Shown here: positions 33,704-47,466 of the stretch, one piece after another
Layout of the letters: each line of letters begins with the position of its first letter
How positions within the stretch are numbered: the first letter of the stretch is position 1
NCBI GenBank assembly: GCA_043228905.1
Contig: JBHGNT010000020.1
Coordinates: forward strand, 8,680,001 to 8,744,000
Direction of reading: 5' to 3'
Source: Azolla caroliniana
Lineage: Eukaryota; Plantae; Polypodiophyta
DNA: 64,000 bases
The notes under the pieces: generated by a model
The model's input: only the letters and a program-made list of their open reading frames with translations
Databases searched by the model: none
Told to the model about the DNA's origin: nothing
Made by a program: the position numbers and the translations under genes

Positions 33704-33724
33704 GGTTGAGGTCCTTCAACCGGG

Positions 33725-36700
33725 ATGACCTCAATTTCTAAGCGTACAGCTCCCAATGAAGCCCATTCCTCTATGAATGCTGACCCAGAAGGTTTTTTCT
33801 TCATCCCACCTGATCATCATCAATGGCCACCAACAATGGAAGCAGTAGACAATATTGATGATTTGAATCGGCCTCTCCCTCGCAACGTTGTGTTCGCATA
33901 TGGCGTTGGTCACATGCTCAATGATCTCACCGCCGCATCCTGGTTCACTTACCTCCTCATATTCCTCACTGATGTTGGCCTATCTCCAAAGTACACCTCT
34001 GTCTCTGTCATTACTGATCTGTTTTTTCTTTTCCTTGTTGCATCTTAGCCTCGTGTTCATTTCAGCATGTTTTTTGAAGCTTAAAACACAAATTTGCTGA
34101 TTCTATTACTCCTTTGATATGAAACTTTAGATCATATGCATCACGCTTCCTAGTTACTACTAAACTCAATCTGCACAACATGAAATTCCTTCGAAAAAAA
34201 TCTGTGAAATGTACTCAATTTGCGTAGTTAGCATCTTCTAGCCATAGTCTTCATTCATCTAGCTTATAAAAAGAAAAACCTGCTGATTCTTGTATAAGAA
34301 GCCCCTTTGGGTATTTTGTGAGTACGAAGCTGAAGTACATGTTATTGCTAAATGCTATCAGAAACATCTCTTACTGAATATAATTACAAAATGGACATCC
34401 TTTGTTTCAAGACAGGAAATTCATTTGTCATAAGCATTCAATCCATATAAAAACTCATGCTTTCGTAATGCTCAAAAAAATGAAACCAGCATTTCGAATG
34501 TTAGAAGAGAAACTTCCCTGATTCCTGTATAAGCCTTTGATACTTGCTGAATCTTGTGTCAGAACGGCCATCTGTACAAAATGGAAGTCTTTTGTGATAG
34601 TTACTCAATCTTCAAAGAAGAACCTGTCATTTCTTTAATAGGAAGCTGCCCATTTAAACCCTATTTCAAACTTAAAATATAACTTCTTATTCAACTGATA
34701 CCAAAAGGAAATCCTTGGCGATAGATACTGAATCTGTACTGAAGCTTTTGTTTTTCTGTGATATGGAATGCTGAACCAATGTTTGTTAACATCCATGTCC
34801 TTTACTAATTTGGTGTGAGACTTTAGATTACTGTCACAGGAGGTGTTAAATTTTTATTTACTTTTTTGACATTATTTAGTATTTATTTTGCTTTTGTTTT
34901 TATTTAATTATAACTTATTTCTGGAACTCTTGAAATTGGGCAAGTAAAGCCAACGCGAAATGGTCTATAATAAATGGTCCATAGCCAGATGAGCCACAAT
35001 CAGCAGGTCCCGAGATTGGCATGTAGTCACCCCAGTTACGATTGGATTCCAATTCTAAACTTATGCCTTGTAAAATCACTATAGTAGAGGGCTTACATAA
35101 ATTTTCACTTAGCAAGGCTAAGATATATTTTTGATGAGGTTACACATGCCAAAGTGAGAAAGATTTGTCAAAATTCTCTAGGTAAGAGAAAAACAATAGA
35201 GTATGAAGCTGCAAGGATCATAGCGGGTTTAATCTCTTTTCTAGTGTGCTAGTCATAGAGTACTATGGAGGCTCTGTTTCTAGAGTTTGGATTCTATCTT
35301 GTTATATTGTTTATTAATTAGCAATAAAAGAAATGCTGAAAAGGTGCCACTCTTTGGGCCCAACAGAATGTCAGATTCTTTGTTGAGGATCAAATCACAT
35401 TCCTGGATATGAAGTTAATTCACAGTAAGACAAAATCTCAAGTAAATTGGTGTTTATATTAAGGCTTTACTGCCCCTCGAAGTTCCTTATGTTGGTTTCA
35501 ATAATCATTGGCTATTTCCTTACCTTGAATCCAGCTTCAGTGGCCTTGCAAAACACTAAGTGAAACTTGAAAAAAGCTTGTAACAACAAAATGAGATCAT
35601 TTTGATAGGGAATATTTTATAATAAATGCTATCTATTTTATGCATTTTCTGACGTGCTTCTTGTTTCTGATGTTCTTCTTGAAAGAGAGGTGATGGCGTG
35701 GTCAGTTGCTCCAAAACACCAAGGGAGTGGGCTGCTGTGTGAGGGGAGAGATGTGAGAAAAGCTGTTAATAGCAGCAGCAGAACAGTTGTTAGAACAAAA
35801 TAGACACAGCCAAACTATGATAAGGCTGTTAGACAGTAGTAGAAAAAATGGTTGCAAAGAGTACAGACACAACCAAAGAGTAGAGCTTGTTTGTAAGTAG
35901 TAGCGAAAATAAAAGTCTTTACAAAAGAGGCTGGTATAGCCTATTTATACAAAACTAGGGAAAGTGGGTGAAATGGTTGTTTGGTAGTTAAGTGACTCTT
36001 GTATTACCAAACAGGTTCAATAAACTAGGAATAAGAGGGAATATCTTGGAAAAAGTGGAAGAGAGAAGGCATTTAAAACGTTGCAGATTCTAGAGAGAGA
36101 AGGCATTTAAAGAGTTGCAAATTCTAGAGAGAGAAGAACTTATATTGTAAAAGAGAGATAATAAAGATGGAAGAGAGTGCAGGTCTGGAGTTGCCACCTT
36201 CCAACGCCTCCTCTCAGCTCCAGAACAATGGTCCAACATTGAGTTGATTGAGGAGCGGATCAATGGCTTGCCTTGGAAGTGGCTTAGTAAATAAATCAGC
36301 CACATTTTCTTGAGTAGGACAATATGCCAAGTTGATGACTTGTGATTTCATTAATTCACGAACAAAATGGTAGTGCACTTCAATATGTTTTGTTCTACCA
36401 TGAAATGCTGAGCTATGCCAAGGCACGAGCACTTTGGCTGTTAGTGAAAACTGCAATAGGAGAGTCTTGCAAAACACCAAGGTGACAAAATAATTGCATT
36501 AACCATAACAACTCACAACAAGTATCCAAGTAGTCTCGATATTCAGCTTCTGTTGATGAAGTAGAAACTAAGTTTTGCTTCTTTGATTTCCAAGAAATCA
36601 AGCCTAAACCTAACATAAAACAATAGCTAGATGTGGACCTTCGAGAATCAATATTACCTGCCCAATCAGCATCCGAGTAGGCAACAAACTCAATGCCGCC

Positions 36701-39700
36701 TCTAAAAGACAGACATAGTCGAGTGTGTTAGCCAAGTACCTAAGAACTCGAATAGCTGCTTGTCAATGACTTTGTCTTGGAGCACTTGAGAATTGGCTGA
36801 GAATACTCACGCTATAGTACAAATCAGGCCTGGTGTAAGTTAAGTGAAAAAGAGACCCAATTAACCATCTATATTTGGTGATATCTTCAAATATAGGGGA
36901 ATCATCTTCACGAGATAGCTTTGAGTTAGGATCCATCGGACAAGAGAGTGGCCTGTAATTTGACATGCCATAGGTCTCAAGGAGTTACTTGAGATACCTA
37001 TGTTGGCTGAGGAAGATACCACCATGTGATTGATAGACCTCCATACCTATGAAGTAATGGAGAAGTCCTAGATCAGTCATTTCGAATGTGGTCTTGAGGT
37101 CAGCACGGAGCTCTTCGATTTTAGAAGCAAGGGACCGTGTAATTAGAAGGGCATCAACATATAATATGATCAAGCATTGTAGATTTTCTTGGGAAAAGAC
37201 ATAGAGATAGTTGTCAACATAACAATGCTTAAACCCAAGTGAGTGAAAGAAGGCATCAATTTTGTCATGCCAAGCTTTGGGAGCTTACTTTAAGCTATAC
37301 AAGGCTTTACGTAACTTGTAGACCATGTTTTTCCACTCTGAAATCTTGAAACTTGGAGGCTGTTCAACATAAACTTCCTCTTTCAAGTCACCATTAAGGA
37401 AGGCTGTCTTGAGATCTATTTGAAAGATGGGCCATTTGGGGTGATCAGCAAACGCAAGCACACATCGAATAGAGGTGTACCTTGCTGTTGGAGCAAAAGT
37501 TTCCTCGTAATCCACTCCTTCCACTTGTGAGTAGCCTTTTGCAACTAAATGTGCCTTGTGCTTATCCAAAGTACCATCCGCATGGTACTTGGTCTTGAAA
37601 ATCCATTTCAGTCCAAAGACTTGTTGATGTTGAGGCCGTTGGACCAGCTCCCATGTATGATTCTGCTCAATGGAATCAAGTTCAACTTCCTTTGCTACTT
37701 GCCACTTTGGAAGAACAAGGGCCCCTTTTGCTGTTGTGGGTTCTTGTGATTGCACAACAATGCACAGTAAGACAAAGTTGCATGAGTGAAGAGGCCGTTG
37801 TGACCTACGTGTTCTATTCCTGTTGGTTGGAGAACTAGATGGTACTCATGAAGTTCAGCATTGGAGAGATGAAAATCACGAATGGTGGCTTGAAGCCACT
37901 TGGGAAGTGGTGGAAGCTGGTGTGTAGAGGGATGGGAAACGAGTGGAGTTGAGGGAGGTTTGAATTTTTGGCAAAGCTAGAGGTTGAGTAGGAGGAGATG
38001 GGGGGCTTGAAGGTGAGACATCTTCGTTCTAAAATAGGAGATTCCAGAGAATTTGTGATTTCAACCATGAACTTGGGTGAAATCCTAGAGTCATCCGGCT
38101 TAGACTCCACAAAATGAACATCCCTAGAGATGACTAGGGACTTTGATTCTAAATCCCATAACCTGTAGGATTTAGATTGTGTGCTGTAACCAAGAAATTT
38201 GCATTTCTTGGTTTTGGACTCAAATTTAGTCCTTTTATGATCTGAAATGTGAACATAAGCATCACAACCAAAGATTTTAAAATGAGATACTTAGGGCATT
38301 ACACCTGTAAATGCTTCTGTAGGGGTCATTGCAGCAACTACTTTTGTTGGGCAGCAGTTGATGATGTAGACTGCTGTGTTGACAGCTTCACCCCAAAACG
38401 AGAGAGGAAGATCAGATTGAGATAGCATTGTATGAGCCATCTCTTGTACTCTCTGGTTCTTCCTCTCCACAACACCATTTTGTTGAGGAGTATTGTGTGT
38501 AGAAAATTGGCGAGCAATGCCTGATTGAGAGCAAAAACGGTGGAAAGCTTGGGAGATAAATTCCCCACCATTGTCGGACCTAATCTTTCGAACTTTCTTT
38601 GATGTCTCGTTCTCGACAAGAGCTACCCATTCTTGAAATTTGGTGAAGGCTTGAGATTTTTGTACAAGAAAATAAACCCAAACCTTACAGGTGAAATCAT
38701 CAATGATAAGTAGGAAGTAGCGTGCACCACCAAGAGTAGTGGTTTTCATGGAACCACAAAGACCCATGTGCACTAACTCCAAGATAGATGTTGCACGGTG
38801 AGTGGCTTCATGAGGGAAAGGCTCTCGATGTTGCTTGCCATGAAGACAAGCAACACATGGGCTATTGGGAGTTTTGAAAATAGGAAGACCTTCAACTAGC
38901 TGCGAAGAGGAGAGCTTTTGAAGCGAATTGTAGTTGAGATGACCGAACCTAGCATGCCACAATGTGGGATCTTCTTGTGCCACCAAGGCATGAGAGCCTT
39001 GAAGAAGATGAGCTTTGGATTTTTCCAAGGGGCTATGGGAACTTTTCAGGCGATATAAACCCCCTTGTGTGCCTCTAGCTACAATTTGTAGGCTGTTGGT
39101 GTCAATGACTTCCAAAATTGAGCTATCAAAGTAGACTCCATAACCTTGCTTAGTGATTTGATAGACCGAAAGTAAGTTGGTAGATATGCGAGGCACATGT
39201 ACCACATCTTGAATAACGGCTGGTTCGTCATTTGAAGAAGTGTTAGGAAACACATTACCCACACATGAAGCCTCAATACTTGCGGCATCTCCTATGGAGA
39301 TTTGGGAGGAGCTAGGCTTCACATCATGCAAAATGGATTTGTCATAAGTCATGTGTGCAGTGGCACCACTGTCTACTAACCACTCATCAATGGTTGAGGT
39401 AGTTGGTCCAGCCAAATTTGAAGAATGTTCCTCAATGCCAAGGAAAACTATTTCTTTGGTTGAGTGGACCGAGTTTGATTCAAGTGTAGATTGACTTTCG
39501 GTAGAAGAAGTTTTCTTGGCTTTGTCCCTTTTCTTTTTCCGACAGTCGGGCTGAATGTGACCTTTGTAGCCACAATAATGACAGGTGAGCTCCTTGTAGG
39601 CTGGGTTGTTTGGGGGTATTGGATTGGTTTTGTTATAGGAGTTGTCATTTTGCTTCCACTCGTCTTTACTTTTCGCATGTAGAAGCGTCTCATTGGAAGT

Positions 39701-42700
39701 TTGCGCACTTTTCTTCCTTGTTGCCCTATCTTGTAGCATGCCAAGAAATGTATTCATATCAGGTGTGTTGGGAAGAAGAGAAATTGTGTCACAAAATGCT
39801 GAGAATGACTCAAGCAACATCATTAGATTATGCACAAACTCAACTTCAATTGACTTGTGTCCCAAAGAAATTAGTTCCTTTTGGAGAGTAACAAATTGCA
39901 TTATTTGATCCATGATGTTGGGAGTGTCTTGAATCTTGCAATTTGCTAGTTGGCTCTCAATAGCTATCATTTGAGCATGATTAACTCGATGATACCTCTT
40001 TTTGATGGCTGCCCATAGTTCATTGCCTGTCTCTTCATCTGTATCTTGAAATTGATGAGCGATGCTCGGTTTAATATTAAACATGAGGAAAGCATGAGCA
40101 CGAGTATCTTTATCTAGCCAAGCTTCAATCTTAGCGTTAGATGAGGAAGCAACTGATTTGGTTGAGGATGAAGTTACCAGTGGTTTCTTGTCACTGCCAT
40201 TGACTACATTCCATAGACGATGGTACTGTAGCAAGGTCTTTATTTGCAGTTCCCAATCCAAGTAATTGTTCCCATCCAAGATGGACTCTTTGGGGAGTTG
40301 GGGAATGGTTGATGAAACAATGGTGGCATGTGAGGCCATGGATATCCTCCTCTTGAGCTACAACTAGACAATTTGCAGCAGCTGTAAGTAGATGCTCAGG
40401 GTCTTTCTACTCCTCCCTAGATGCTAGGTGAGGCTTAGATAAGGGGAAAAGGAAAAAGAAGAACCTCCTCTGTAGGTTGAAAGGGTGGCTGCTAAGAGAA
40501 CCTCCTCTATAGGGTTGGGAGAGAGGGATAAAAGAAGATAGGTCTGTGTGCTTTTTGGCAAAAAAAAATATCAGGCTGAGGATATGGAGACCTCATTGCT
40601 CTGATACCATGTGAGAAAAGCTGTTAATAGCAGCAACGGAACAGTTGTTAGAAGAAAATAGAAACAACTAAGCTATGAGAAGGCTGTTAGACAGCAGTAG
40701 AAAAAATGGTTGCAAAGAGTAGAGACACAGCCAAAGAGTAGAGCTTGTTTGTAAGTAGCAGCGAAAATAAAAGTCTTTACAAAAGAGGCTGGTATAGCCT
40801 ATTTATACAAAACTGGGGAAAGTGGGGTGAAATGGTTGTTTGGTAGTTAAGTGACTCTTGTACTACCAAACAGGTACAATAAACTAGGAATAAGAGGGAA
40901 TATCTTGGAGAAAGTGGAAGAGAGAGAAGGCATTTAAAGAGTTGCAGATTCTAGAGAGAGAAGGGATTTAAAAAGTTGCAGATTCTAGAGAGAGAAGAAT
41001 CTGGATTGTAAAAGAGAGATAATAAAGATGAAAGAGAGTGCAGGTCTGGAGCTGCCACCTTCCAACAAGAGAAAGTAGAGAAAACTATGTAGAAAACTGA
41101 CGAGAAAACCTTAGCCGCTAAAAGTCCCTATCACATTATGAGAAATTTGGGGCCAATTCTTATTGATAAGTGACTTTTAGATCATTTTCGGCATGTTCAC
41201 ACATGGCTAATGACCAAAAGTTATAAAGATAATGTAAATGCCTATAACCCCCCAACTTGGAGCCTAAACATATGGTAAAAATATGTTTGGAAAGTTGTCA
41301 AAGAAATCTTTCATATACAAAAAAAGAGAGTCGTTGGGGCCTTTATCCCCAACACTTCCCAAAATGGTACACACAAACTATGTGCAGTTTGAAGAAATTT
41401 ATTTCTGATAATTACATTTGGTAATAGCAGACGCTTTGTTGAATAATATATAATATTTTGCTCATGCAATTAGAAAAGATGCAAAAGGAGGTTTAATAAT
41501 TAAATTGATGCAGTCTTACGCTTTTTTTGACAGCGAAGCTGCATTTGTCATGCTATCTGGACAACTTGCAGATGGAGTTGCGACTATTTTTGTAGGAAAT
41601 TTGGTGAGCCAGTGTTCATATATTATCATCTGGACTACATGGTTTTACAAGTTGGTGTAAAGCCCGTTTAGTTTTCTATAGTGCTTTTTTTGAAGGCTGA
41701 AGCAGATTAAATATGGTTGAAAACATTTTTGGTTCATGCAGATTGACAATTATGGGCATTACAAAATGTGGCATGTTGGTGGCTCTCTATTAGTGGCAAT
41801 ATCTTTTTCTTCTGTGTTTGGAGGATGTTGGGTATGTGCCATTTTTGGAACCTACTCTCAGTTAGCTACAACTATTGCATATAGTGTCTTTGCAGCAATA
41901 TTTAATGTGGGGTGGGCAGCAACTCAGGTGTCACATATGTATGTCTCCAACTCTCTTGAAACCTGTTGTCCTTTATTTTCCTTTATTTAGAAGTGAGAGG
42001 AAGTTATCTTTGAGGTACATTCTTCTCTTGCAAAATATGAGGAAGTAGGTGTCATGTTGTAATGTGATATAAGGAATAGGTTGGCGACACCCTTTCTCAA
42101 AAGAGAAATTTGTTTAATAGTAAAATGTATACATGATTATAACCTTCAGGGAATTGCACTTAATTTTATAGGAATTTCAAAATTGATCGTACTCTTTTTG
42201 CAACTTGAAGTTTTTGCATTTGTTTTCTTATTATCCACTTAACGTCTGTATGATGTCCTGAGTTAAGATATCGAAAAAATAGGGTCAATGTTTGCTAAAT
42301 TGCGAGTTTAATCTAAGAAAATTTTGGTTCCTCCTTTCATGACATCACCTCATAGTGAACTCTGGAGAGGAAAACTTATATTGGCAGGCTTTTGATTTCT
42401 TGACATAAGTTAAGGATTAATAACAGGTTGGGAATGGGAATCACAGATATGAATGGAGCAAAGAATGATTAGATAGATATGCAGTACAAAGATGGAGCAC
42501 TAAAGGGAATCAAAACAACAATAACATTCTGTTTTGTCACTGTGTGCCTATCTAATATTTCTTTTGTTCCACCAAAGTTTGCTTTGTGATGAGGCATGGA
42601 GCAGTACAATGCTACATTTGATACCACGGGGGAATGTTTGTTCAGTTTATTTTATGTAAGAGAACCTATTATTACTATCAGAAAATGGTCATAATAGGAA

Positions 42701-45700
42701 GTTATTTCTATTCCGAGAGGGTAATTCTCTGCTTGAGATTCTGGATATATCCCCTTTTTATACAGCATGGAAGCCATTTCTTATTTGTACATCCATCATG
42801 AAATGGACAGTTATGAGATGGTAGATATCATTTGATGACATAAAATGAGCCCTATTGTGAGTTGCTGTGAGTACCAAACCCTGGGAAACCCCTTGGTGTA
42901 CACCAACATCTCTGAAACTTGTGCATCAAAATTTAAATTTTGTATGATTATAAACATCAAAATAAGGATATTATTACCGTTTATGAGTTGTTTTAAGTGC
43001 ATAAATTATCATGTAAATAACTAGTTAGCCATCTAGATTTATGTTTTTCAAGTAATTTCCTTCTCTATTGGGTACTTACTGAAAGTTGTAATGTTATTGA
43101 AGGGCTTTAGTGAATTGTATATCATCAAATGCAACAGTCAGAGTGGGACTCACCAGTTGTCGTAATGCTTTCACTATGGTTTGTAGCTTATGTTTTTATT
43201 TTCAAGGCATTCCAAATGTTAAGATAAAGTATATCTCACTCAAAATATCCTATAAACAGGTTGCCAATCTATGTCTATACGGCATTGCCTACTTTGTTTT
43301 TGGAGCATTCCCATCAAAGGGTCCAGATGATGTAGAGAAACAGGTATTCCCCAACTGGTAACACTGACCATCAAACTGAAGTATCTTTTTTTAATGATAT
43401 GATATCGAGGTATCTGTTGTATCTTTTTGGAGATTCAAGTGTGAGTTGTGAATATTAAATTTTTATGGTTCCATTTAAATTGCAGTATCGCTTGATAGCT
43501 CGTGCATCAGTACTCTTAGGTTGGAGTTCCATCCTTGTCTTCTATGCTGGAGTAAAGGAGCCGAGGTAAGCCTTCATGAACTCAAAAAATAAAGCTACAT
43601 GTTAAAATTTGTATTCTATACACTTGTCTCATTCTCTTTGCATTGTTAGAATTAAAGGAGATTTCTATGAACATCTTTGTGAGAGTAAACTAGTGCCTAT
43701 GAGGTAAATCTTTCTGACTTCTGAGGCATAGGTGGTGGTAGCAAGTACCTGGAAATCTCTTCATGAAGCTCAAAGTTGATTGGATCTGTTAGGAGGTTGG
43801 TTACCAGTATATGTCTCTTCGGAGTAGCGGTTATCCTAGTATATATCATCCTAGGGCTCTGTGGGGGGTTTGCAAATGGTGCTATCTAGTGACATTCAAG
43901 CATTGTCAATAGGGGGCAGAAACATCTGTAGTAGGAAATCTCACCAGATATTTCCAATAAACAGTACTCTCCCTGGAAGATTGCTGAATTTGTCTTTGGC
44001 CTTGCATAAGTAGGCATCTACGAAAATAATTCTCCTTAGACTCCACCCCTTATAAATCAGGTTTTGTGGTTAAGATTTAGAAACTGCTTTTGACAGAACT
44101 CCAGTATTCCATAAAAGATTTAGATTTTAAGTTTTTGGGGGCTGTTGAGTTTAGATTTTTAGGGGGCAGAAACACCTGTAGTGGGAGATCTCGCTAGATA
44201 TTTCAAATAAACAGTATTCTCTCTGGAAGATTATTGAATTTGTCTTTGGCCTCGCATAAGCAGGAATCTACGAAAATAATGCTCCTTAGCCTCCACCCCT
44301 TGAAGAATCTGGCCAGTGGCAATATCTATAAATCAGGTTTTGTGGTTAAGACTCCAGTGTTCCATAAAAGTCCTTACATAATTAGATTTTAAGTTTTTCG
44401 GGCTGCTGAGTTCAGTTGTTTTCAAACATTTTCTGTATACCAATATACAAAATATCTAATAGTTTTAAAGATGAAGTTTTCTTCTTAACTTTTGGGTTAT
44501 AAATATTTGCAGGCTAGAGCATCTTCTGGGGCCTGCAGATTGTCCCAGAGTTTCATGCTTATCCTGGTTCAAGAAAGTGCTTTATTACCAAGTGGCATTT
44601 GTGTATATGATCACTCGTCTTACAACAAATGTGTCCCAGGTAAATTATTCCTCTAAGCACCGAATATTTATCCAGCCATAATAAGAAAATCCCACTCTTT
44701 AGAAGTTCAAACCACCACATTCTCATGAGATTACTGAGATATATTATAGGTCAAAAGTTACAAGACACATAAACTGGAAAATAAGTTAGCCCAGTCCTGC
44801 AGAAAAACGCAGCATAGCTTTCTTATTATAAAGGAAGCTGTCTTGATGGATGGATATAATGTTCTCCTTGTGAAATGCAGGCTTTTCTTGCATTCTACCT
44901 CATTGATGATCTTGACATGAGAGACTCTGCTAAAGCTGTGGTATGCTTTTTATTTGTGCCCTAATTTTCATAACATTTTCTTTACGTTAACCTTTTTCTT
45001 TGCTCTATCTTGATAAGGTCCCAGCTGCTATATATGTTTGCAGTTTCTTTGTATCCATAGCACTGCAGGTATGACTTTGAAATTGATAGTTTTAAAAAGC
45101 ATAGAAGGTATATTGTCACATATAATTTATTTGTTCATTTCAGGAAATGGGTGGCTGGACAGGACAAAGAATCAAATACTTTTTCACTCTGGGTGCCAGT
45201 CTGTGGATATTATCTGGAATGTTTATATTTTTCTTAAGCAGCAGCTCACAGAATTTAGTATATTTGCTGGCTGCCGTGATTGGAATTGCAAATGCATTAA
45301 TGACAGTATGGTTTCTATCCTGGGCCAGTGAAACTTTTTGTTATTAATTACAAACTGTGGTGTAATATTAGTGCATAGTCATGTGATATTGTTTCATCCT
45401 GTCATTGATTGTTTACTGCTTTGTATGAATTGACATCAGGTCGCTATTATATAAATATGCATGCATATTAATTTTTTCTGGTTTCAGGTTACAGCTGTAA
45501 GTATGGAAGGCATCTTAGTTGGGCTGGACATCAGTGGATGCGCATTTGTTTATGCCTCTCTTAGCTTCCTGGACAAGTTTGCTTGTGGCATCGCTTTGTT
45601 TGCCATTGAAGCACTCAATAGTAAGTCTATGCATAATTTATTTATATAAAACAGGAAAGTATTCACTCAATCTTGGAAGTCAGAATTTGAATGATTGATA

Positions 45701-46272
45701 ATATAAGGTTTCCTATTTCAAAAGGAAAACACAACCTCTATTTTTCTGTCAAGCCTGTGTATCAAAATATTGACAATAAGGACGGTATGCCCAATGATGG
45801 CAGTGTTTTGTTTCTCACGATAGACAACCCAAACATTTGCATGTTTAGTCATATCACCTGTCATTTGAACATTAAAATGGTTTATTAATTAATTATATGC
45901 TTTGCAGCCAATGATGGAAGATGCAGACCAGAGGCATTAGGACGGAGACCATGTAACTCATCAACTGTGCGGATGACTTTAGCATTAATACCTGGAGGCT
46001 GTGCATTTCTGGGTGTATGTGCCACATTAATAATGGATTTGCGTACCACATTACATGCTACAGACCTCCAAAAACCTCTGCTTTCACGTGAAGATTTAAA
46101 TGAACCAGGTTATCCGTGGAAAGACAACAAAAGTCCAACCTATGTGTGGACAGATCAATTTTCTCATGTAAAGACCTATGACAATAGTCTTTCTGTATGG
46201 AATAAGATTGCTTCTAGGACATTTAGGAGATGGGGTAGTGGAAAAAGAGATACTTCAGGTATGCTGCATTAA
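33725..46272 (+). CDS. MFSD12-like major facilitator transporter, ~12 exons (33725-33990, 41534-41603, 41742-41938, 43103-43178, 43260-43343, 43486-43565, 44513-44639, 44881-44940, 45018-45068, 45144-45305, 45488-45620, 45909-46272)
   Basis: Motifs AYGVGHMLNDLTAASWFTYLL, LSGQLADG, FNVGWAATQVSHM, LTSCRNAFT, VYMITRLTTNVSQ and AFVYASLSFLDKFACG; GT-AG junctions. The start ATG is uncertain (33725, 33773 or 33836). Confidence 0.9.
35752..41067 (-). mobile_element. Full-length degenerate Ty1/Copia in intron 1 of the MFS gene, antisense
   Basis: LTRs 40610-41067 (5') and 35752-36206 (3'). TSD AGAGA at 35747-35751 and 41068-41072. PBS is the reverse complement of GCTCTGATACCA (40598-40609). Gag-IN ORF 40339-38291, then broken RT and RNase H. 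Confidence 0.95.
43910..44415. repeat. ~250-bp tandem duplication within an MFS intron
   Basis: agggggcagaaaca(t/c)ctgtagt...ctccacccctt...ataaatcaggttttgtggttaaga...ccataaaag occurs at ~43911 and ~44161. Confidence 0.8.
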
Positions 46273-47466
46273 CAATGCAATCAGTCTGTATCATTGTACA
46301 GTGCGTTTGTCTGTAAATTCAACAAGTTTATTAATTCATTTTTACCCTTCTTTTCAATGTGTATATCATTTTTGCACATGTGTCAAGAAGACTTGACTAG
46401 TTAACAGAAAGTTCACACCTGTATTTTGATTTGTCGTTGCCCCAGACAATTAAAAGTGAGTGGCACTTTTTTTCGCATGCCCATCTCTATATGCACCAAT
46501 GGTGTGCCATCTTTAGTATTCATATTAAGTTGTCCATGAACCTACGATTTGCTGTGTTTCCACATTCCAATGTTTCTTTGCATTCACATTGAAGGCTCTA
46601 ACATTGTGTTTGTTATTTATATGCATGTTCTGTGGGTTTTCTAATTTAGATATCGGTAGTAGTAAACCATTTCTAGTGCTTGCTTAATTAACAAGGTTCA
46701 ATTTCCATTTTGATTACCAAGTAATACTAATTTACGGGTTCATAATTGGTGTTGAGCTTGTGCTACGGGTTCAGGGTCGCTGTCACCTCACATCTAAGGC
46801 TTTGATCAATGGAGGCCTTAGGTAGTTTCTCCTATGGAGGTAGGTGGATTCATAAACTAATCTACCAACTATCAAGAATGAGGAACACAATATCTAACAA
46901 GGTTCACAAACATTGAACCACAAAATCTTGGAAGAGCAAGACATGGAACTCTGTTTGAGCATTGAAAGTAAGTCATCAGCCAAGAATAGGGGACTTAATT
47001 ACAAGTTAGATTGTCTTCATGGTCACCTCCCAATTCAATACTTTGACATAAGATTGCAATTCATGGTTGTTGAATTGTTTGATATACATGATGCCCTTTT
47101 TTATTATTACATCTTCTACCAGATATTGGACCATCAAGCACCTTTTTACCTGAAGTTAAGGTTACAGATGTTGCAAGTTGCAAAGAACGAAGGCAACGTT
47201 AAATATAGTTTGAAAATAGGTTTTTCTTGGTCATCCATGATTCCTTGAAATATGCATATGCAGTTTCCGTATCTTTTCTGTGCAGTTTTTTTTTTCCCTC
47301 TGCTGTTTCTGCATGCAAGGAATGTTGAAAGAGATTTTCCATGAATAATGGCACAAATTTGGTGTTTCTAGGAAAGAATGATAGGTTCTGGCAATGGGTG
47401 TTGGCTCCATCCCAAAGCTCTTCGGATTGAGTCTTTCCATTCAAGGATAGGACTCGGAACTAGTGT